A stretch of 62,684 nt of DNA, the filler included, from an uncultured bacterium (GTDB taxonomy: Bacteria > DYJV01), in NCBI GenBank assembly GCA_964543655.1. It is 3 parts of 3 records of this genome, joined end to end, with 100 filler letters (N's around TTAATTAATTAA, not from the genome) between each part and the next. Parts side by side here need not be neighbours in the genome. Positions count along the whole stretch, not along the records: positions 29,458 to 52,585 come from CAZIZE010000084.1; 2 more parts are not named here. One strand, written 5' to 3'. A model generated the notes under the pieces. It saw nothing but the letters and a program-made list of their open reading frames with translations. It did no database searches and was not told the DNA's origin. Both the position numbers and the translations under genes were made by a program. Below, piece after piece: positions 33,601 through 42,260 of the stretch (position 1 is its first letter; every line of letters starts with the position of its first letter).

Positions 33601-33745
33601 CATTTGCTGGTTTAAAAAGCTCCCCTTTTGTTACAAGGACTACTTTTATTAAAGAATTATCATGCTTAAATTTTAATAAAGTTCCGCCACATCCAATAGT
33701 CTCATCATCTGGATGAGGAGCAAAAACTAAGATTTTATTAAACAT
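30605..33745 (-). CDS. PIG-L deacetylase fused to three GT2 domains
   Basis: APHPDDETIGCGG and HIDH; FLDEDD, FVDHDD and FLNDD; SAVTGACF...YNDVDFC. Confidence 0.88.
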   Translation of the reverse strand: MFNKILVFAPHPDDETIGCGGTLLKFKHDNSLIKVVLVTKGELFKPANEADDFRLKEFREALKSLQIDDFICLNYQDGNIPISGKILDEYLKIYNDFLPTAIFLPSLSDQHIDHVNVTRGVLKALENNLQFHTVLNFYEVVNPININIVYDISEYFEKKLEAFQCYKSQHNKYNYLQSLKSIAALRGAAIGKDFGEGFLQFVWDGGKENFFTESPFISVIIRAHKKHFLINSLESLLNQTYPLFEVIIVWFGNEQLEIPEKFNKLDYKILFGKKSRSFNLNLGIENSSGDFISFLDEDDIFYPEHIAELSEILVANKDIDIVYSGANLTKCKLEKKIIKKIAKISVFNFPYEKGKLLVENYIPLNTLMIKRHIFNQIKFSEEFEAYEDWVFLLEAENKCFNFYHHNKITCEYRIFTEDYVVSHYKKGYTEIEKKVREYIFKSFKFENYENLVSIITGLKSEKDYIEKKLAQFAEKLNFYKESLKKRERIFDTFKSIFRKISTSVSDDYLPYYFLNFLGENRNLPSFSIIVVVADPEKNVFIETLYSIFNQIYNFWELIVFNNNSKSEEILNILKDLKEKFDNSQKGIIVNSDKTLSIPEAYNEAAKLAQNDYLLFVDHDDYILPETLSEIAINVSHKDYKFCYTDSYTIDISGKAFIYHQKPDWSPETLLSFNYINHLTVFKKDFWNKLNGYSNKYHGAQDWEILLRMRNLVDDNEVLHIKKPLYGWRAHIGSTAYKISEKEWLKPVIKKVWLEKIGKIFQDYTDKISAESNMGPGFLFPYTSEYLPEINIIIPSKDNMLYLKNCVESLLKCRYPKFNITVIDNGSFEDKTLNYLKQIEKKENINIIFEKVDFNWSALNNIAVNSINVKNSIILFLNDDIQILDKYFLLKMVQPFVIEKIGAVGAVLKFPDGQIQHNGIRTDVEWIASEIRTFGNNNILNVLRNVSAVTGACFMVRGEILDLIKFDENLPVNYNDVDFCLQIRKKGWRIVNNPNAVAIHYHMRTRSFKKPDDWEIDYMKKKWGNFLEERYYYNWETVAEKTMFLKI

Positions 33746-34323
33746 ATATCAGATTCTCGGAATTTAATTAATTTTAAAATCTTTTGCCAGAATAGAGATT
33801 CTCTATCTTCAGGAAAAATTGAAAATCTGTATAAATCATACCGCTTATTATTGTAAATAATCTCCTTTTTTAGAATCGCCTCCTCTTTAAAACCTCTTTT
33901 TTTCAAAAATGTAAGAAAATTTTTATTAAATTCTGAAACATAAAAATATATTTTTTCCAGATTTAACTCAGAAAATGCTAAATAGAGTGCCATTACCACT
34001 GCTTTTAACGCATATATACCTGCTGGTTTTAAAAACATCATAAAGTTAAGTTCTGCAATTTTATTATAATTGTCAATACCTTGCAAAGATACTATTCCAA
34101 TAGGGTTGGTATAAGCTTTTTTATAAATAAAACACTCTATCTCCAACCTTGGCTCAAGATTTCTATGAAAATAGATACGCTCTTTAACTTTATCTACACT
34201 TGTGCAAATATTATGAATACCTGGTCTATAAAAAAACAAAGTGCCATTCTTAATTAATTTAAAAAGTGTCTCAGCATCATCTTCTGTAATCTCTTTTAAA
34301 ATAATATTTCCATATTCATACAT
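33727..34323 (-). CDS. RimJ/RimL-type GNAT acetyltransferase
   Basis: AFSELNLEKIY...FN...GFKEEAILKKE pattern. Confidence 0.8.
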   Translation of the reverse strand: MYEYGNIILKEITEDDAETLFKLIKNGTLFFYRPGIHNICTSVDKVKERIYFHRNLEPRLEIECFIYKKAYTNPIGIVSLQGIDNYNKIAELNFMMFLKPAGIYALKAVVMALYLAFSELNLEKIYFYVSEFNKNFLTFLKKRGFKEEAILKKEIIYNNKRYDLYRFSIFPEDRESLFWQKILKLIKFRESDICLIKS

Positions 34324-34331
34324 TGAAAAAT

Positions 34332-35063
34332 TTAATATTGTGAACCATAATTATCTGAAGAACAATTCTTTTCTGTAATATATATTTTGTCAACTTCTGA
34401 AGCTTTTGCATAATTCCAATCAAGTTTTCCATCAGGAAAAACAATTGCCTGTAAATAAAGGTATGAGTCTGCCATATTATAAATATCTGGAATAGTAATG
34501 CTTAAATTTATTGGCATAAATGTCTTGGTCATATCTCCAGTAATAACATTTGAAAGGCCTGGTAATGTTTGCTGCTGAGAAAAGCCCTGACCGGTAACTT
34601 TAAAATATGCTACAAGGTTTAAATCTTTTCCTAATTTTAATTTTCCTGCTGTTTTTCCCCCTGTAAGAGTATCCCAGTAAGAATTATCAATCTCTTTTGA
34701 AACTGCAACATATACCTCATCACCAGGTTTAACTCCAGTAACTACAACAGTAAGTGATTGCTGTGCATAAAAAGTACATCCCTCGCCAGGGAGATAAATT
34801 GTAGCGGCAACTTCTCCTGCTCCACCATAAGTATCATTATTTGATAAATTAATCTGATTCAGCACAACAGATTCACCAGATGGTACTTCAATTAGAGAAA
34901 GATTTGGATTTAAAATTTGGTCAGCAGTTAAATTTAAACTATTTGCAAAAGATGAAGCTTTAGAATAATCTGCTGATAAGTTTTTATCTGCTGCTGAAAT
35001 AACAGTAGTACTTGCCAGAATTTTCCCTGTAACAAGAAAAGATGCAAATTTTTTTAATTTCAT
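34332..35063 (-). CDS. Hypothetical, probably secreted protein
   Basis: Strong SD, signal-like N-terminus, beta-rich, two Cys; family not recognised. Confidence 0.75.
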   Translation of the reverse strand: MKLKKFASFLVTGKILASTTVISAADKNLSADYSKASSFANSLNLTADQILNPNLSLIEVPSGESVVLNQINLSNNDTYGGAGEVAATIYLPGEGCTFYAQQSLTVVVTGVKPGDEVYVAVSKEIDNSYWDTLTGGKTAGKLKLGKDLNLVAYFKVTGQGFSQQQTLPGLSNVITGDMTKTFMPINLSITIPDIYNMADSYLYLQAIVFPDGKLDWNYAKASEVDKIYITEKNCSSDNYGSQY

Positions 35064-35169
35064 ATTCCCCTCCTCTTTTATAAAAATTACTTCAATCTAT
35101 TTAAACGATATTAAAACTTTTGTATGTAATTAATATCACATAATCATTTTTTTTCAATAAAAAATTATT

Positions 35170-35895
35170 TTAATTTTTATTGGTAATGAATTTAAAAAAT
35201 TTTGGAGTCAAGATTTTAACATCTCTCCTTTTACTATTAATTATATCTGCAAACCTCTTTCCTTCTTTAAAATAATCTGTAATAATTACACCTTTTGCAC
35301 CTAATTCTAAAAATTTTTTAGAATATGCAATATACGACTTTCCAGACAAAATAATTTTTTTTATAATAAATTGCAAAATTAGTTTATTTTTCAGAAATTT
35401 ATCAGGGTATAGTAAAATTATATTACACTCTTTTAATGCTTTATCTATTTTGTACGGTATTTCACTGAAACTATTTATTTTATAAAGTTTCAAATTTTTT
35501 AATTTTAAACTTTTTATATATTTAATCTTATTTTTACTGCTCAAAAGAATACCATAAATATTTTTTTTACCAGTACTCTTATCTATTAATTTTATCTGGT
35601 CATTAATAGAAGGTAACTTTAGTAATACCATTTGCAACTTATCTTTTTTATCACAGAGATAAGCAAACACAGAATAAATAGGTAAATTTTTTTTAAAAAT
35701 TTTCTTAAAATCAACATTACCACATGTTAATATCGTATTGGCAATGTTAATATTTTTGGCAAATGATACTCCTGATATTTTTAAGCCTTTAACAAAATCT
35801 TTGCATGCAAAAGAATTTTCTGAAATCAAAAAAACTTTAGCATTTAAAATAGAAATATTAAATAAGAAAATAACAATAAAAAAAATCTTTTTCAT
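35170..35895 (-). CDS. Periplasmic ABC-substrate-binding-like protein
   Basis: Signal peptide; LYPD...AYSKKFLELGA...DYFKEG pattern. Confidence 0.6.
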   Translation of the reverse strand: MKKIFFIVIFLFNISILNAKVFLISENSFACKDFVKGLKISGVSFAKNINIANTILTCGNVDFKKIFKKNLPIYSVFAYLCDKKDKLQMVLLKLPSINDQIKLIDKSTGKKNIYGILLSSKNKIKYIKSLKLKNLKLYKINSFSEIPYKIDKALKECNIILLYPDKFLKNKLILQFIIKKIILSGKSYIAYSKKFLELGAKGVIITDYFKEGKRFADIINSKRRDVKILTPKFFKFITNKN

Positions 35896-35897
35896 CT

Positions 35898-37763
35898 TTA
35901 AAAATTATACCGTAGTTTTAAAATCACACTTCTCCCAAGGTTATCACCATAAGTTGACTCTCTGCCACTATCTTTGAAAAGATTCTTTACATTTAATGAC
36001 ACTTCAAACTTTCTTTTATAAAAATATTTAAGTAAATTAAAATCAACTATTGATAAATAATCTGATTCTCCTGCACATTTTGTATGAATTTTTGGGATAT
36101 ATGTCCATTTGATATTTCCAGAAATTGCATCTGTGTTAAAAAATATTATTGACATAATTTTATATTTTGGTACGAGCCAATCACCCTGAATATTTAAAGT
36201 TTTGTTATTGAAAAATTGCAAATAATATGAAGACTGCATTTTTAGATAACTGTTAAATTTGTAATTTATTGTAGTTTCAAACCCATGCAATTCAAAGTCA
36301 AATTTGTTTGCAGTAAAAATATCAATTTTAGGTGGGAAAAAACTCATATTACCATAGGAATAAAAAAGGTTATAAATTCTATTGTAGAAAAATTCTCCTT
36401 TAACTGTTAATTTATTAATCTTTTTTGCTATATAAAAGAAAGTTGAATAGAACTTTTCAGGTAATAAATTTTTATTTCCATGTATTACTGAAGGTATTTC
36501 AATATTTGTAAATTCATATTTTTCATTTAAATTATAGTATTGTGATAGAATAGAAGGATTTCTATAATTTTTAGAATATCCTAATTTCATTAAAAAATCT
36601 TTCCTATTATTTGAATAAATAATACTTGTTTTAAAACTTAATTCATTTCCAAGATTTCTTGCTCTCTCATTTTTAATAAAACCTGAAAGTTTTAAATTTT
36701 TAAAAATATTATAATCCAAATTCATATATAAAATCAATGCCTCTCTTTTTCCGCTTCCTTGAGAAGAAATATGATTGGTAGAATAGGAAGATATTAACCC
36801 TGTTGTTATAGAAAAAGATTTTATTTTGAAAAATTTTTTAAAACTTAATTTATAATAACCAGTGTTAAATGGGTTACTCTCTGTATGGCCTATTTTACCT
36901 GATATTAGTTGAGAATAAAAAGTAATATTTGAGTTACCTGTTGTGTAATCAATAATAAAATTAAATAATTTTTCATTTTTAAATTGAAAACTCATTGGAA
37001 AACCGTTAACTTTTTTATTCACCACAACCCTGTAAAAATCTCTGAAAGTATAATCTCCCATAAAATAGGAAAATTTTGTAAAAAGTTTGGAATTTTCAAA
37101 AAAGTTAGTTGTAGAAAGAGTTATAAATTTTTTTGTTGTAGCTCTTTTTTTACTGTGATATTTATCAATTTTTCTAAAATCACCTGTAACTTTGTAATAA
37201 ATACTTTTGTAATAGTTATTTATTGAAAAATTGGAGTTTAATAATTTATTGGAGCCTAAATATGTATTTAAATAGTTAGCATTAAGTAATTCTGGCTTTT
37301 TAGTAACAAAATTAATTACTCCTCCTGGGCTTTCTATTCCATTTACAAATTTTGAAGGATCTTTAATTATTTCAACTTTATCTATATCATCAATATTTAG
37401 TGGGAAATTGTAGAAAAAAACTTTGTCATATAGATATTGCTGAAATTCCATTCCATCAATTAAAACTAATGGCTGGATTCTATAAAAACCTGGCAAACCT
37501 CTCATGGAAAAATCAATTGATGATGTGTCAATTTTATAAATATTAACACCACTTATATAGTCAAGCAAATCAGGAACATTTTCAGCGCCTATTAATTTTA
37601 TATCTTTTGCTGTTAAAATCTCAACAGGTTCCAAATCAGAATTTTTTACAACTCCTGAAAGCTCTGAAGTTAGGTTTGTGGAAGAGGTAAACAAACTTAA
37701 AGGCTCACCAGCAATTAGAAATGATGAAATTAAAAAAAAATAGAGAAAAAAACAAAATTTCAT
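35898..37763 (-). CDS. TonB-dependent receptor-like protein
   Basis: Plug motifs LVLIDG, DIDKVEIIK, GGVINFVTK; ends NLF...LRYNF. Confidence 0.85.
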   Translation of the reverse strand: MKFCFFLYFFLISSFLIAGEPLSLFTSSTNLTSELSGVVKNSDLEPVEILTAKDIKLIGAENVPDLLDYISGVNIYKIDTSSIDFSMRGLPGFYRIQPLVLIDGMEFQQYLYDKVFFYNFPLNIDDIDKVEIIKDPSKFVNGIESPGGVINFVTKKPELLNANYLNTYLGSNKLLNSNFSINNYYKSIYYKVTGDFRKIDKYHSKKRATTKKFITLSTTNFFENSKLFTKFSYFMGDYTFRDFYRVVVNKKVNGFPMSFQFKNEKLFNFIIDYTTGNSNITFYSQLISGKIGHTESNPFNTGYYKLSFKKFFKIKSFSITTGLISSYSTNHISSQGSGKREALILYMNLDYNIFKNLKLSGFIKNERARNLGNELSFKTSIIYSNNRKDFLMKLGYSKNYRNPSILSQYYNLNEKYEFTNIEIPSVIHGNKNLLPEKFYSTFFYIAKKINKLTVKGEFFYNRIYNLFYSYGNMSFFPPKIDIFTANKFDFELHGFETTINYKFNSYLKMQSSYYLQFFNNKTLNIQGDWLVPKYKIMSIIFFNTDAISGNIKWTYIPKIHTKCAGESDYLSIVDFNLLKYFYKRKFEVSLNVKNLFKDSGRESTYGDNLGRSVILKLRYNF

Positions 37764-38128
37764 CAGCTTTCTCCTATAAAGTTTTTTATAACTTCTTTCA
37801 CCTCTTTTATTGAAAAAGGTTTCTCAATATATTCATCAGCACCAATATTTTTTATTTTTCTTATAGTTTCATTATCAATATATCCTGAAATAACTATTAT
37901 TGGTATTTTTTTGTTCACATTTCTTATAAATTCTATAAATTGAAAACCATCCAGTTTAGGCATAAAAATATCTGTAATTATAAGATCAAATTTTTTACTT
38001 TTAAATTCTTTAATAGCATCTTCTCCATTATCAACAGCAATATATTCCAATCCCATTGTATTTAATAACGCAACTATTGTAGAGGTTATTAAATCTTCAT
38101 CTTCTGCAATTAACACCCTTTTTTTCAT
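37763..38128 (-). CDS. Single-domain response regulator
   Basis: LIAEDE, ITDIFMPKLDG, ISG, KPF. Confidence 0.93.
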   Translation of the reverse strand: MKKRVLIAEDEDLITSTIVALLNTMGLEYIAVDNGEDAIKEFKSKKFDLIITDIFMPKLDGFQFIEFIRNVNKKIPIIVISGYIDNETIRKIKNIGADEYIEKPFSIKEVKEVIKNFIGES

Positions 38129-38141
38129 TTCTCACTCCTTT

Positions 38142-39509
38142 TCATTTAACAAAAGTAATTTTAAAGCAAGCTCCTTCTTTACTATTAACACATTCAATAT
38201 TTCCATTGTTCTCAATAATTATTTTATGGCAAATAAATAATCCCAACCCCGTACCATCTTCTTTTTTGGTTGTAAAAAATGGGTCAAAAATATTATCCTT
38301 AATATTTTCATCAATACCTGCTCCATTGTCTTTAAATAAAATTTCTATTTTATCATTATCTTCAAAAATATCTATTGTAATTTGGCAATTTCCTTTACAA
38401 GCCTGAAATGAGTTCTCAATTAAATTTATAAAAACTTGAATAACTTCATTTCTATTACAAAAAATTTCAGAATTCACAGATTGGTAATTCCCTTTAAATT
38501 CAACATATTCCAAAACCTTTTTTGACTGATTTAAAATATCTATAGCATCATTTATAATATCTCTAATTTTATAATATTTTTTCTCATTGGTTAATTTGGA
38601 AAATCCTTTTAATTTTTTGATAATATCAGCAATTCTGTCACAATTTTCAACAATAGAATAAAACACTTTTCTTACCTTTTCATCTTTCACATTATCAATG
38701 TACAACATTAGCTCAGCCTGACCCTTTATACCTGAAAGTGGATTATTTATTTCATGTGCCATACCGGCAACCATGGTTCCAATAGATGCAAGTTTTTCTG
38801 CATTTATTATAATTTTTTGTAATGCATTAATTTCATTTATTTTGTCATTTAATTCATCTATTTTATTCTGCAACTGTATGTCTTTAGCTTTTAGAGCCTC
38901 TACAAAATTATTGTAAGTGTCTATAAGAAGATGAAATTCTTTTGATGATTTAATATTTATCTTTTTATATTCACCAGATTTTAATTTTCTAACAGCTTCT
39001 ATAAGATGACTGATTGGTTGTAAAAATTTATTAATAGAGATAGATATAATAATGTAAATTAGAAAGATTAAAAGAATAATAGTAATTGTAATGTTTTCAA
39101 AAAATCTTTGCTGTGCTGATTTAAAATCAGATATATTTAAGCCAATTATATATTTTATAACCTCTGGTTTATCTTTTGGTGGTAAAAGTTCTATTTTTTC
39201 AGCAAGTAGAGAAAAGTTGTTATTTTTTATTTTGGAAAATATTAGTTTATCTGCTTTATAAATTTTTAAAAAATTAATATAATTTATTTTTAAAATTTTA
39301 TCAGAAATCTTATTTAAAATTTTATAATTTGATATTGCAACAGCAAAGTCAAGGTCATTTTTAACTGTTTCAAGAATAGTCTGACCAGAAATTTTTCTCT
39401 GATTTAAAAAACTTTTCTTAAAAGTAAGTATAGAATAATATTCCACTATTATTCCAAATATTATTAAGCTGCAAACAAATAGAAGGTTAAATTTTAATTT
39501 AGTAGACAT
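38142..39509 (-). CDS. HAMP sensor histidine kinase
   Basis: Two TMs, [21 protein letters not shown] at 39509 preferred. Confidence 0.9.
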   Translation of the reverse strand: MSTKLKFNLLFVCSLIIFGIIVEYYSILTFKKSFLNQRKISGQTILETVKNDLDFAVAISNYKILNKISDKILKINYINFLKIYKADKLIFSKIKNNNFSLLAEKIELLPPKDKPEVIKYIIGLNISDFKSAQQRFFENITITIILLIFLIYIIISISINKFLQPISHLIEAVRKLKSGEYKKINIKSSKEFHLLIDTYNNFVEALKAKDIQLQNKIDELNDKINEINALQKIIINAEKLASIGTMVAGMAHEINNPLSGIKGQAELMLYIDNVKDEKVRKVFYSIVENCDRIADIIKKLKGFSKLTNEKKYYKIRDIINDAIDILNQSKKVLEYVEFKGNYQSVNSEIFCNRNEVIQVFINLIENSFQACKGNCQITIDIFEDNDKIEILFKDNGAGIDENIKDNIFDPFFTTKKEDGTGLGLFICHKIIIENNGNIECVNSKEGACFKITFVK

Positions 39510-39591
39510 GATAACTATTTTCAATAATTTATTATTTTTTCTAAAGTAAAAAAATTTTTTAGTCAAGTGAAATTTTTAATTTTTTCTATTC

Positions 39592-39808
39592 AAAGACTTT
39601 TGTACAGCATCTTTAGTGATATACTAAAATTTTTATTTGATAATAATAAGTTATGGATTCTTCAGTTGCTACGCTCCTTCAAATGACCTCGAAAAAGTCA
39701 TTATGACCCTAAGCAAGAGCGAAGGGGAAGAATCCATTGTAACTACTTACTTTTATTTACTTATCTATTGGATTAATTTTTACCATTTTTTACTGTGCAA
39801 AAGTCTTT
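39592..39808. mobile_element. 217-bp MITE with 16-bp TIRs and 4-bp target duplication
   Basis: AAAGACTTTTGTACAG...CTGTGCAAAAGTCTTT (15/16 inverted match), ATTC on both flanks, internal palindrome. Confidence 0.75.
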
Positions 39809-39863
39809 ATTCTTTTTATTTTATGAAAAGCACTATATATGATCTGGAAATTTTAGAAGGGAA

Positions 39864-39884
39864 AACCCGGGTAATTCCCGGGTT
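39864..39884 (-). terminator. Terminator after degP
   Basis: AACCCGGG-TAATT-CCCGGGTT hairpin. Confidence 0.7.
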
Positions 39885-39888
39885 GAAT

Positions 39889-41292
39889 TTATTTAAATTT
39901 AAGTACAAAGAATATTCTACTCTTTCCTCTTTTAATATCAACAAGCATTTTATCTTTGTGGAAATTTTTCAAAATTTTTTCATAATCATCAACATTTTTT
40001 ACAATATGATACTCCATTGATTTTATAATATCACCTTCCTGTATCCCTGCTTTATCAGCAATACTATTTGGTTTTACTTTTACTACTAAAACTCCACTAT
40101 TATCGCTTAAGTCGTATCGCTTCATAATATCAGGTGTAATATTAGTAACTGTTAGGCCAAGTTTATCAACCTTTTCCTCTGAAGCTGTTTCTGTACCATT
40201 TCCTTGCATTTTACCTATTTTCACTGTTAAAGTAATCTCTTTATGATCCCTGAGAACAACAACCTTAACCTCTTTTCCAATAGGGGTAGTTGCCACCATT
40301 CTTGGTAATTGATTTATATCTTTTACATCTTTTCCATCATATTTAATTATAATATCACCTCGTTTCATACCAGCTTTTGCAGCTGGACTACCTTCAACTA
40401 CCTGAGAAACTAAAGCACCATGTGGCTCTTTCATTCCAAAATAATCAGCTAAATCTTTTGTTACATTTTGAATATAAACACCTAACCACCCTCTTATAAC
40501 TTTTCCATTTTTTTTCAATTGTGGTAAAATGGCTTTAGCCATATTAATAGGAATTGCAAAACCTATACCCTGTGCAGCTGCTATTATTGCTGTATTTATA
40601 CCAACAACCTCTCCTTTTAAGTTTATTAGCGGACCACCACTATTACCTGGATTAATAGCTGCATCAGTTTGAATAAATGAATCGTATGGTCCCTCTCCAA
40701 TAACTCTTCCTTTTGCACTTACAATACCAGCAGTTACAGTTCTTGAAAAGCCAAAAGGGTTCCCGATTGCAAGCACCCACTCACCTACCTGAAGTTTATC
40801 AGAATCTCCAAGTTTAACAACAGTTAAGTCATCTCCCTTTGGATTAATTTTAATTAAAGCAATATCAGTTTTTGGATCTGTACCTATGATTTTAGCTTTA
40901 TATGTGTGGTTATTTGATAAAGTAACATTAATTTCATCAGCATTTGCAACAACATGATTATTGGTTAAAATATAACCATCTTTTGAAATAATAAACCCGG
41001 AGCCAAGACTTTTTTGTTTATATTTTTTTGTATATTGTTGCCCAAAAAATTTGTTAAAAAAATCTGAAAATGGGTCATTTTCACCAAAAGGTGAATGAAA
41101 GTTGTGAAATGGATTATAAAATTTTCTTTTAATAATTTTGGTAGTGTTAATGTTTACCACTGCTGGTTTTACTTTTTTTACAATTTCAACAAAATTAGGC
41201 AGGTTATTATTACCTGATGAGCCAAAGCTAAAACCGTAGCACTGAATTGAAAATAATAGAGCCATTAAGATTATCAATATTCTCTTAGCCAT
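39889..41292 (-). CDS. degP: DegP/DegQ periplasmic serine protease
   Basis: LTNNHV, TDIAL, INPGNSGGPL, two PDZ domains. Confidence 0.95.
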   Translation of the reverse strand: MAKRILIILMALLFSIQCYGFSFGSSGNNNLPNFVEIVKKVKPAVVNINTTKIIKRKFYNPFHNFHSPFGENDPFSDFFNKFFGQQYTKKYKQKSLGSGFIISKDGYILTNNHVVANADEINVTLSNNHTYKAKIIGTDPKTDIALIKINPKGDDLTVVKLGDSDKLQVGEWVLAIGNPFGFSRTVTAGIVSAKGRVIGEGPYDSFIQTDAAINPGNSGGPLINLKGEVVGINTAIIAAAQGIGFAIPINMAKAILPQLKKNGKVIRGWLGVYIQNVTKDLADYFGMKEPHGALVSQVVEGSPAAKAGMKRGDIIIKYDGKDVKDINQLPRMVATTPIGKEVKVVVLRDHKEITLTVKIGKMQGNGTETASEEKVDKLGLTVTNITPDIMKRYDLSDNSGVLVVKVKPNSIADKAGIQEGDIIKSMEYHIVKNVDDYEKILKNFHKDKMLVDIKRGKSRIFFVLKFK

Positions 41293-41412
41293 TTTTCTTC
41301 TCCTTTTCTATTGTTGTTTTTAAGTTCTGCCTTAAAAATAATAATAATTAAATTTTAGTCAAGTTAAAAAAAGTTAAGATTGATTTTTTGAAAAAACGTG
41401 GTATAAATAGGT

Positions 41413-41859
41413 ATGATTTTAAAAAATTGTGCTATTATAAGTGCTTGTTTAATGGGTTTTAACTGCCGCTACAATTCAAAAAGCAAGATATGCAAATATC
41501 TTGATATTTACCTGAAAAAACATACTTTAATACCACTTTGCCCTGAGCAGTTAGGAGGGCTCCCGACTCCAAGGGAAAAAGCAGAAATTGAGTATGGTGA
41601 TGGATTTTACGTAATTAATGGTAAATCTAAGGTTTTAACTAAATCAGGTATTGATGTCACTGATAATTTTATTAAAGGAGCCAATGAAGTTTTAAGTTTT
41701 GTAAAAAATCATGGTATAAAAGTAGCATATTTTCAAGATAAAAGTCCATCTTGTGGTGTGAATAAAATATATATAAATGGAATTTTAACAAATGGTGTTG
41801 GAGTTACAACAGCTCTTCTTCTTGAAAATAGTATAGAGGTTTTAGGCGTTGATTTATAA
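41413..41859 (+). CDS. DUF523 / 2-thiouracil desulfurase family protein
   Basis: SACLMG.NCRY, CPEQLGGLPTPR, SPSCG. Confidence 0.9.
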   Translation: MILKNCAIISACLMGFNCRYNSKSKICKYLDIYLKKHTLIPLCPEQLGGLPTPREKAEIEYGDGFYVINGKSKVLTKSGIDVTDNFIKGANEVLSFVKNHGIKVAYFQDKSPSCGVNKIYINGILTNGVGVTTALLLENSIEVLGVDL

Positions 41860-41873
41860 AAAAGGGGGATAGG

Positions 41874-42188
41874 ATGAGGAAATTAATTTTTATAATTTGC
41901 TGTTTAATTTTAATTTCAGGTGGAAATTTGATTGCATGTAGTGGTTCATGTCTAAAATGCCACCCTAAACTTAATTTTGAAAAACCAAAACAGCACAAAA
42001 TAATAAAATCTTGCATTAATTGCCACGGAAGCGGTTGTGGTGAAAATTCATTGTTAAATGATAAAAGTGCAGAAACATCATGTGGCTCTGATTGTTTTGA
42101 TTGCCACAATTCATTACCTCAAGACAATAACCATGAAAAAATTGCAGAATGTGTTCAATGTCATGATAAACTCAGTGTAATTAAGTAG
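41874..42188 (+). CDS. Small tetraheme c-type cytochrome
   Basis: Signal peptide; CLKCH, CINCH, CFDCH, CVQCH. Confidence 0.85.
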   Translation: MRKLIFIICCLILISGGNLIACSGSCLKCHPKLNFEKPKQHKIIKSCINCHGSGCGENSLLNDKSAETSCGSDCFDCHNSLPQDNNHEKIAECVQCHDKLSVIK

Positions 42189-42208
42189 CACATTGTTTTA
42201 TTTTTAAT

Positions 42209-42224
42209 CGGTATATATCTTGCA
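42209..42224 (+). promoter_or_regulatory. Putative sigma54 promoter
   Basis: CGGTAT-ATATC-TTGCA with exact GG-N10-GC spacing, upstream of the acyl-CoA synthetase SD. Confidence 0.5.
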
Positions 42225-42260
42225 TTACGTCAATATCTAAAAATTTTAAAGGAGGGGATT

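Noticed and set aside
39637-40020. 127-aa plus-strand ORF
   Set aside because: Runs through the MITE, the terminator and antisense to degP; no recognisable motifs.
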